Assembly (NCBI GenBank): GCA_964016885.1
Contig: OZ024742.1
Location: 220,224,001 to 220,288,000 of the forward strand
Direction of reading: 5' to 3'
DNA length: 64,000 nucleotides
DNA from: Eledone cirrhosa
Lineage: Eukaryota
Both the position numbers and the translations under genes were made by a program. Shown piece by piece: positions 54,562 to 64,000 of this stretch (position 1 is its first letter; each line of letters begins with the position of its first letter). The notes beneath the pieces were generated by a model that saw nothing but the letters and a program-made list of their open reading frames with translations, had not been told where the DNA came from and searched no databases.

Positions 54562-54763
54562 GTAATAATAATAAATGTGAAGACTAAAATCCAAAGAGGG
54601 CTCGATATGGATAAATATATATCAAATATATAAGAACCCTAGAGCAAATATTTATTAAAATAACAGATTAAAGTTTAAGCAAAGAATCGCTGCTTTCACC
54701 CTTAACGGGATCTTCTGAAAGAATATATATATATATACATATATATATACACACACATATATA

Positions 54764-54813
<50 letters not shown>

Positions 54814-55472
54814 TACACACACACACACAAATATATATATATTATCATCATCAACATCGCTGTCATTTTAACACCTACTTTCCCTATATGATATATAAAT
54901 ACATGCATATATATATATGATATATATAATCATCAGGACATTTCTGATAATTTTATACGAATGAAACAGTTCTAGTCCAGTAGAAGTCATTTCTATATAT
55001 AATTAGATGACTATACTCTACCAACGTATTGAGTACCTTTTTTAACTGTGGTTAACCCTGGCAACATTAAGGAAACTACATATTATATATATACATATAT
55101 ATTTCTCTCTTTTCTCACCAAAGTTTATATTTTTCTTGGTGCAATACTTGCTTATCATCATCGTTTTACGTCCGTTCTTCCAAGCTAGCATGGGTTAGGC
55201 GGGTTGTCCTGTTGTGAGCAGTGCCCAGTCAGCTGACCTTGTCTAGCTCATACAGGAACTGATTCTGGCTTGATTTCTACAGCTGGATGCCCTTGCTAAC
55301 ACTAACCTCATTTACAGTGAGTGCTGCGTGCTTTTTTTCCGTGGCGCCTACATGTCCACTTTTACAGTGTGGGCTGGGTGCTTTTTTGCCGTGGCACCTC
55401 CACGACCACTTTGCAGTGGGAGGGTGCGGGGGGATATTGTCTATATATTGTCTAGGGCGTGGGGGCATATTG

Positions 55473-55509
<37 letters not shown>

Positions 55510-56255
55510 CTCCCCACCTCTTGCATGCAATGTTGAATTGAGAGATGTTACCAAAGAAACAATACTGAAGCAAGGATTTTTTATCTGATTTTATCTAATT
55601 AACTTCATTTATGCCACTAATAATCCAATCTAGAAGGGTATGAGCCTCACAAACACTTATTCTATTTCAGTAATTGATCTTTAATGTATATCAATTATTA
55701 TCAGTTATTATCGCCAGGCCAGTTCAAAGATGGCAATAAGCCTAGGCCAGATGTACAATATTTGCCACCATTGAAATTGTGAAACTGCTCATTGAATATT
55801 GTTGTAATCTCTATATATAATCAGTGATAAATACAACAGGGAGAGAAAGCTTCCATAAACATTTTTAGTTAAAGTCTGTTCTAAGCCGAAGGCTCTGAAG
55901 GTCAATGTTTATCTCCAGTTTCCTTGGTGCTAAGCAACTGAGAGTACAAGACTCTCCCTGGACAGGATCCCAGTCTATCGCAGGTTTAACTCCCCAGCTA
56001 CTACCGTCACTCATTCTCAGTTGAGTATACAGGAGCAACATGAAAATAAAGTGTTTTGCTCAAAAACACAATCCAGGAATTGAATAAACAACATTATGTA
56101 TGTTAAGTATCCTAACTATTAGACCATGTGCCTTCCCAAACATTTTTGGCTTGTGCAAACTGGCCCCTTTCTTTTCTCAGTCCTGATTATCACAGACTAA
56201 TAGTTATAAAGCATTAAAATGTTTAATGTGGTTCTTTGCCAAATATTTCACTTAC

Positions 56256-56331
56256 CTTTTTCAGATAGAATGTGATAAATATTGACATCAATACCATACA
56301 AGCAATTAAAGGAGCAAAAAAGAACCCAAGC
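56256..56331 (-). CDS. TMC7: TMC7-like exon (TMC domain)
   Basis: TTCACAG|...|GTAAGT; (W)LGFFFAPLIACMVLMSIFITFYLKK. Confidence 0.9.
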
Positions 56332-56412
56332 CTGTGAAGGAGAGATTTAAAAAAGAGGAGAGACGTTCACTTTTAATGGAAGAGTTTTACAAAGATCTTT
56401 TAAAAGGATTAA

Positions 56413-56632
56413 CCCTTTAGCATTTAAACTGGCCATATCTGGCCACATTCTCTCACCTCTTTCTGTTCAAACTGGCTGTAACTGGCTGCTCATACTTATG
56501 TTAAGGTATTGTTCTCAAAATAAATAATATCAAAATCTCATAGATTCAATATTATATAAGATAATTATGTGAGATAAAGTGTTTACTGTGAAAATACAAT
56601 AGTCAATATAGAGTAATGTAAATGCTAAAGGG
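56413..56632. mobile_element. piggyBac-type MITE, second copy
   Basis: Same TIRs and 220-bp length as 50283-50502; TTAA/TCAA flanks. Confidence 0.78.
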
Positions 56633-57399
56633 TCAACAAGAAATCAACCCACAGAAGATATCTGTTTTCATAAAATAGGGATAATGGGATGGAGAAAAAG
56701 TTGGGAGAGAAAGACTGGAGGAGAGAGTGATGGGAGGGTGGTGAGGAGTGGGGAGGAGGAGGAGAGGAGGATAGTGAGGATGATGATGATAATGAAAATA
56801 ATGATAATGATGATGATGATGAAGAGGAGGAGGGGAGTTAAAAGATAATGGCCATTATCTTTACAGATGCTACAAAACTGGCAAAGTTGAATATTGTTGA
56901 TATTCAGTATGAACATTCCTTAGACATTGTGTTGGCAGGAAAGGTGTGACAGAGAATGCCATACTAATGTTATACATTCTAGTGTGTTACAGGGGTTTAC
57001 GGTATAAATGACAAAAACTATAGAAATAGTGAGTGTTGCATTGTGAATTAAAACCAAAGATGGAGAGAGAGAGAACATGATTGCTCATGGTAATTAATTA
57101 ATTACTGATTTGCTCAATAAGATTGTGGCAAATCTTCTAATGTTTCAATAGATGTTTACTGAAATGTTGATAATTTGGGAAGATCTCTGATTTGACATTT
57201 TGACAGGTTGCAGATGTACTAATGTTATTTAGTATAAGGAACTTTTCAGCTATGTATAACTTGCACATATTTGTACCATTTATGTATGGACTTCATCACT
57301 TAGGGATCTTCCATTTGGTGGTGAGTGCAGTCGCTTGTTCTTTCTCTGTTGGTGGTAAGTGTGCATGGTGTGGTCCTGTAACTCCTGATGGACTCAGAT

Positions 57400-57620
57400 G
57401 AAATTGGTAGAGTGAGACAAACTGTCAGAATTGGTAAAGGGACAAACAAAATGGTAGTGGGTTGTCAGAACTGGTAGAGGAACAGACAAAATGGTAGTGG
57501 GCAGTCAGAACTAGTAGAGGGAGAGACAAAATGGTAGTGGGCTGTCAGAACTAGTAGAGGGACAGACAAAATGGTAGTGGGCTATCAGAACTGGTAGAGT
57601 GACAGGCAAAATGGTGGTCG
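57400..57620. repeat. 40-bp minisatellite (about 5 copies)
   Basis: Unit GTCAGAACTAGTAGAGGGACAGACAAAATGGTAGTGGGCT. Confidence 0.85.
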
Positions 57621-57684
57621 TAGATGTTAGAATACAACTTACCAGCTATGAACATTTGTACGGCAATTATATTGTAGAACTTAC

Positions 57685-57777
57685 CAGCATAGAGATTGAA
57701 TGTAAACAATATCAAGTACATTTTGTGGCACGAGAAACTGTGGATGTGGTACTAGTTTGATTTTATTTGCCAAAAAC
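57685..57777 (-). CDS. TMC7: TMC7-like exon (TMC domain), most upstream exon found
   Basis: TTGCAG|...|GTAAGT; FLANKIKLVPHPQFLVPQNVLDIVYIQSLC(W), matching the TMC pattern FxxxxNVLxxVYxQxxxW. Confidence 0.9.
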
Positions 57778-58334
57778 CTGCAATAAACAAACATTTAAAA
57801 ATATATTCATGTGAAAGGAGGAGGAGTATATTTTATTTTTACACACTTGACCAATTTTGGTCAATTTTCTGTATCAGCTGATCAGCACAACTGGCATTTC
57901 TTCCAAAACTCAGAAACTACTTAACAAAGTGAATTGGGGCAATCTTTTAAATTAATGCTGGTGTGTAGGTTATGTAAAAAGTCTGTCAAGCTGGGAAGGT
58001 GATTGTATGAGTGTGCATGTGTCTCTGTGAAAGAGAATAAGAGCAGTGGTGATGGTGGTGGTAGTGGTGGTAACTGTAGTGCTGAATTTTTTTTTAATAC
58101 CAGGCTGGGGCATAACAAGTCTTTATGGAAAGGGGATGATAAGACTGTTCCTAATTAAATAATGGAATCTTCAGTTTCCACAAGTACAGAATAAAACTAT
58201 ATATATCAGTAAAGTGTGGGAAAGTATGTAAGTGAAAAGTAGGCAACCCATTCTCATCTGAGTACTGACTGAATACTGACTTGATCAATAATGACCCATC
58301 TTCTAGCAGGATGTTAAACGATTATGGTAATATA

Positions 58335-58995
58335 TATATAAGTATGTATACGTACATACATATATGTATACAGACGTACAGTAGTATGTATATATATATA
58401 TATACATACATGCACACATATATATATGTACGTATGGATTCACTGAACATTTATTATAATGCTCGGTGTGTTTGTAAACAAACATCCCGAATTAAGCCGT
58501 ACAGTGTCTAGCAACCATCGTTGCTCATTTGTTCAACACTGACAAAGGAACGCTGTACTAGTTTCAAGCTTATTAGCTATCATCAGCAACGTATACCTTC
58601 CTGCCAGATGGTTGAACGTCTGAAAGTATATACTTTCCTTATGCATATTAACGGCTGAGCAGCCTAATTTGCATATCGAGTGAGATAATCGGCCGGGGTA
58701 CCGAAAACGATAAACGGAAAAAATGAAACAAAATTTCATTTCTCACTCTTAGTACGGCTGTTACTTAAATATAAGTATGTACATATATATACGTATACAT
58801 ACTTTCCTTATGCATATATAACGATAGCTAATATGACGGTGAATCCATATGTACATATATATGTGTGCATGTATGTATATATATATACATACTACTGTAC
58901 GTCTGTATACATATATGTATGTATGTATACATACTTATATTTAAGAAACAGCCGTACTAAGAATGAGAAATGAAATTTCGTTTCATTTTTCCGTA
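58335..58995. mobile_element. Retrozyme-like ~433-nt HHR-containing unit (minus) plus inverted junction-spanning fragment
   Basis: ATAAGTATGT recurs at 58338 and 58771; HHR at 58550-58592; plus-strand piece 58836-58995 joins unit end to unit start. Confidence 0.65.
58550..58592 (-). ncRNA. Minimal type I hammerhead ribozyme motif
   Basis: ACGTTG-CTGATGA-tAGCTaataAGCTt-GAAA-CTAG-TA-CAGCGT: 6-bp stem I, 4-bp stem II, palindromic stem III ACTAGT, GUA cleavage site. Confidence 0.65.
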
Positions 58996-59138
58996 AAATA
59001 TATATAGTGCAATATGGACGTTAAACGATGATGATGATGATGATGATATGCAGAAGTTCTATTTAAATTGTTGGGATACAACAAGCAAATATTTTTATAA
59101 CTGATATAAAGCACTCAACAAATTATTGGAGTAAAAAT

Positions 59139-59294
59139 ACGATATATTAACAAATGGAAACTATATTTATAAAACCATATTTATTTCATTATACATATTT
59201 CAAGGACACCATAATTTAACTTGGTGCCCTTGAAATATGTATAATGAAATAAATATGGGTTTATAAATATAGTTTCCATTTGTTAATATATCGT
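59139..59294. repeat. Near-perfect fold-back palindrome (about 70-bp arms)
   Basis: ACGATATATTAACAAATGG...CCATTTGTTAATATATCGT; arm sequence matches 38281-38351. Confidence 0.85.
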
Positions 59295-59413
59295 GTGTGT
59301 GTGTGTATATGTATATGTGTGTGTGTATATATATATATGATTGACTTTGTTAGTTTCAGAAGATCCCGTTAAGGGTGAAAGCAGCGATTCTTTGCTTAAA
59401 CTTTAATCTGTTA

Positions 59414-59890
<477 letters not shown>

Positions 59891-60021
59891 TATATTTATA
59901 TATATAATTTTCATATATATAGTGTATGTGAATCAGTGAATTACTGTTGGTGGTACCAATATGAGCATTCAATGCACAGTCAGAGTGTATAGAATAAGAA
60001 AAATGATGAAGTCTCTTTTAA

Positions 60022-60190
60022 ATGAATTTATGTTTTTATTGTATATCAACTTGTTATGTGTGTTTTTATTGTATATCAACTTGTTATGTGTGTTTTTATT
60101 GTATATCAACTTGTTATGTGTGTTTTTATTGTATATCAACTTGTTATGTGTGTTTTTATTGTATATCAACTTGTTATGTGTGTTTTGCAG
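60022..60190. repeat. 30-bp tandem repeat (5 copies) forming the left arm of an inverted repeat with 60316-60366
   Basis: Unit TATGTGTGTTTTTATTGTATATCAACTTGT; reverse complement at 60322-60360. Confidence 0.85.
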
Positions 60191-60407
60191 ATGATTGGCT
60201 CAAGGTCACCCATGGAAATTATTAACCTGACTCCAATATGCTCATCACACAGGTGATTCGACAAAAGAAAAAGTGTTTTCACCAGAGGAGCAGATCGATG
60301 CTGGAGTGATGGATGATCTGTGAAACACACATAACAAGTTGATACACAATAAAAACATAAATACATGTAAACAAAATTTCATTGTTTTTCTTATATATAT
60401 ATATATA

Positions 60408-61402
60408 CTAGCAGTGGAGCCCAGTGATGCATGGGATTGGAAAAATTAAATTTCAAAAGTGAAGTAACGCGTATAAATAAAAAATCAAATATGATTGCGC
60501 GCATGGAGCAAAAACATGGGTTGTAGTTTGTGCCCTACTTCTTTGGTGAAAAAAATAAACCAGTAACACCCGGTGTTATTGTTGCTAACCGTTGGCGGGG
60601 ACTTTTTCAATAGATCCATTCTGACTCTTTTTCACCAATTAAGCTTTTTCTGGTACAACCGATGTCTTATGAAATGTACCCTTTATACTAAACATCTGTG
60701 CATCACTTGCTATGCCAGTGGGGATAAATCGATAAACCCGCATGGACCAAGCAGTAAACCATGCAACTGATGTGGCCGTTTGAGTTGATTTTTCGCTGCT
60801 AGGGGCTACAGTAGGCACAACAACTAAAATTTTATGAGTAAAAAATATTAAACAGAACACAATGCATAATTGGCGCAAATTTGAATAAAATCGACCGCAA
60901 ACTGTAGAAGTTATTGACGTCGATACATTTTTAAATTTAGTTTTTCTCACACAGGACCCGAATTAGATAAAAACTCGAAAAATTGGTTAGTCCAAAATAA
61001 GGTTTGGTACATGAGGCATAGTTGTTCAAAATTTGAAGGAAATCGGTTGCAAACTGTATACGTTATAACGATGCAGATTTTTTCGATTCCTTTTTTTCTT
61101 GTCCAGGGGATGCACTAAACAAAATGTTATGAGTCCAAAATAAAGTGGGGAACATAATGCATGTTTGTTCCAAATTTGAAGGAAATCGGATGTAAACTGT
61201 AGAGGTTATTGACAAAAATGATTTTTTAAAGTCAGTTTTTCTCTTATAGAGGGCGCAGTAGACACAAATTTGAAGATGTAATGAGTTCGTACAAAGGTGA
61301 GGATCATAACGCATGTTTGTGCCAACTTTGAAGAAAATCAGTTGCAAGTTATAGAAGTTATGCAGAAACAGACACACACACAGTCTATTTTATATATATA
61401 GA
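60408..61402 (-). mobile_element. Non-autonomous Helitron-like element with internal tandem repeats
   Basis: Minus strand starts A|TCTATATATATAAAATAGACTGTGTG, ends CCCATGCATCACTGGG hairpin then CTAG|T; internal repeats of AAATTTGAAGGAAATCGG. Confidence 0.68.
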
Positions 61403-61859
61403 TATATGTGTGTGTGTGTGTGCACCACCAAAGAACCTTACAATAGATGTTGTAATGTGGTAGGTGTTAGGAAGGACATCCAGGCATACAAAGCCAAGCC
61501 AAAAAACATCATCTGACCTGTCTAACCCAATAACTTGACAGCGATCTGACTCACCTGTGCAAGCATTGGAAATATACATTAAACAGTGATGATGATGAAG
61601 ATGATGGTGATGATAATGATGATATATGTATGTGTTTGATTGAGTTCATGTTTCCATTTACAGAGAGTGTTATCATCATCAATAAAATATATATCAGATG
61701 CTCCAGCAAGGCCTCAGCTAGTTAGTTGGAACACGTGAAAGAATAAAAGTGTAAAAGAGATTTCAAAAAGGAAACCTTCATAGGATCAATATGTTTGACA
61801 AAATTCTTTGAAGTTTTAACAACTAAAATCAATAAAAAATAGAAACACACACACACACA

Positions 61860-61923
<64 letters not shown>

Positions 61924-62357
61924 CATATGAGTGTGTTTGTGTGTGTGTGTGTACATGTGTAAGAGTTTAATCTTAGGGAGTTTTTAGAATACTTAGGTGT
62001 CAATAAACAAGTGCAGATTGATATATCTACATGAAACATCTACTAAATAGATGGTTTCTTATTACATTGACATTGTGCATAATAAATATCCTTTGCAATA
62101 GTTTATAGAAATCATCATCATCATCATCATCATCTTCATTTAAAGTCCATCTTCCATGCTAGCATAGAAATTTTCTACTGAAAGATATACAGATAATCAT
62201 TATATGATATCAGCTGCCTATTAATTTAAGACAGAAACAAAAAGCTGCACCTCCTCATACTAGAAAATTAAGTAACAGCTGCACATGATAGATGATGCAG
62301 CTTTTTTTTCATTATATATTTACATGTTTAAATATCATTAATTTAGAGGGTTATAAA

Positions 62358-62546
62358 GGGCGGTGGATTGGCAGTATCGGTAGAAGGTCGGACGCCATGC
62401 TTTCCAGCATAGTTACGTCCCTTTACGATCTGAGTTCAAATCCCGCCGCGGTTGACTTTGCCTTTCATCCTTACGGGGTCGATAAAATAAAGTACCAGTA
62501 ATGCACTGGGTGATTGCTGGCCTTGTGCCTAAAGTAGAAACAATTA
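62358..62546 (+). mobile_element. Full-length tRNA-derived SINE family 1 copy
   Basis: A-box TGGCAGTATCGG, B-box GAGTTCAAATCC, central GCCTTTCATCCTTACGGGGTCGATAAAATAAAGTACCAG domain (MetaSINE-like by recall). Confidence 0.8.
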
Positions 62547-63211
62547 ATTTAGAGGGTTATATAAGTGGTTAAAACTAATGCTTCTATAAATATTTCTTCT
62601 AACATTATTTTCTACTTTGGTTAGTGTTAGGAAGGATATCCAACTGTAGAAACCAATAAAACATATGAGCAAGACATGGTCACCTGACTGATGTAGCTTC
62701 AAAATATGACAGTCTATTTAATCCACGCTAGCATGGAAAATGTAACAGATGTTAAAAAGTGATGTATAATCAAGGAGAAAAAAGCAGTATCCATAACACT
62801 TCTCAGGGCCTAAGAGACTTTTGGTTGGGAGGGGGTATGTATCCTCAAACTGGAGACCTGGTAGAAATGTTTGCAACAGAATGGATGTCACAAAAGGCCT
62901 CCAAAGGTCAGACCATAAGGTTAAGCCAGGCAACAGATTGGAACTACCATTCAAGTAGGCCACAAAGGAATTTGAACTCAGAACACAAAGAACTGGAACA
63001 AATACTGCAAGGCATTTTATTTTATGTTTTAACAATTTCACCAATTCACTTCTCTGGACTAGTACTTCATTTTATTGGTTCTGAAATGATAACAGATAAA
63101 GTTGAAATTGGTAATATTTGAATTTAGAGCAAAGTGAACCAGAACAAACACTGCAAGTTATTTTGACCTCCCACACTTGGAAGCCCTAAAAAGAGTCAAG
63201 CACACTATGGA

Positions 63212-63490
63212 AGCACATGGCCTAGTGGTATGGGTGTTGAACTTATAGGCATAATTTTGTGAGTTCACTTCCTGGACTAGGTTATGTGTTGTGTTCTTGA
63301 GCAAAACACTTCATTTCACATTGCTTCAGTATACTCAGCTGAAAATGAGTACCAGTAAAAGCTGGGGATTTAACCCTGCGATGGACTGACATCTGTCAGT
63401 GGGGAGTCATGTACTCTCAGCTGCCTAACACCATAGAAACCAGAATAAGCACCAGTCTGATGAGCATCCAGGCTCAAAAGAGACATTAGT
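63212..63490 (+). mobile_element. SINE family 2 copy
   Basis: Matches 30625-30900 and 30922-31200. Confidence 0.75.
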
Positions 63491-63889
63491 CTCTAAACTT
63501 TAGACACTACCCTCCCTAACTCTTTGCCTGACAAACTGTTAAAAAATGTCCATAAAAAGATTTGTTTGGGGATAAATTTGACAAATATTTGGTTTCCAAT
63601 CCCCAAATTCTAAGTTTTTCCTCAGCAAAGATAAAAATAATCCTCAACTTGCACTACCACAATGGTTTTAAATATATAAAATTTACATTAGTTATTACAA
63701 TTCTTCAAGTCCAGACAAGAATATAAAAGTTTAATAATAGTTTAAACATTAAAACATACAATTTATCAGCTTAGGTATTTTATATAGGATTAAGTATATC
63801 AGCCCCACCACATCATGCATGTCAACACATGTAAGGTAGCAGGTATATATATATATATATATACATACACTCCCTGGATAATATATATA

Positions 63890-64000
63890 CGAGGTATGTC
63901 AGAAAAGTTCCAGGACTGATGTCACAAAAGATTTATTTCAAACCCAAACTTCACACTAACAGTTTTCTCCTTCAAAGTAATCCCCTGGTGTCTAATGCAC
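63890..64000 (-). mobile_element. Mariner-type transposon end (runs off the window)
   Basis: TA followed by CGAGG...AAAAGTT TIR; minus strand encodes the transposase C-terminus GDYFEGEN. Confidence 0.65.

Noticed and set aside
60191-60317. Exon-like segments on both strands
   Set aside because: Both acceptor-like sites come from the arms of an inverted repeat, and neither translation fits the TMC sequence expected upstream.
61664-61822. Short exon-like segments (plus 61664-61720, minus about 61776-61822)
   Set aside because: Weak donors, no TMC motif, and the minus one has a phase incompatible with the exon at 57777.
62358-62445. tRNA gene
   Set aside because: A and B boxes belong to a multi-copy SINE head; no cloverleaf, and it continues into a SINE body.

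Overview
AT-rich, repeat-dense eukaryotic (animal) genomic DNA. The repertoire of tRNA-SINEs, RTE/CR1/R4 LINEs, Penelope-like elements and long (TA)n tracts resembles a cephalopod such as octopus, but that assignment is inference. Bases 1-17.6 kb are a composite tandem array: a ~40-bp satellite carrying a 5'-truncated CR1-type LINE plus a hAT MITE, amplified three times (periods 5422 and 6758 bp). The rest holds nested transposon relics: R4/Dong, Penelope-like, RTE, mariner, Helitron, piggyBac/hAT MITEs and SINEs. Host gene signals missed by the ORF track are six in-phase minus-strand exons (57777 to 47688) that splice into the C-terminal 225 aa of a TMC7-like transmembrane channel protein, and a candidate promoter plus first exon near 18.9-19.07 kb. 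The most unusual signal is a set of hammerhead-ribozyme (HHR) motifs. One is in a non-coding, circularly permuted ~433-nt unit with an octamer box (retrozyme-like, two loci). Another is a TSD-flanked back-to-back pair of HHRs on opposite strands. Most short ORFs in the track are microsatellite or antisense artefacts.
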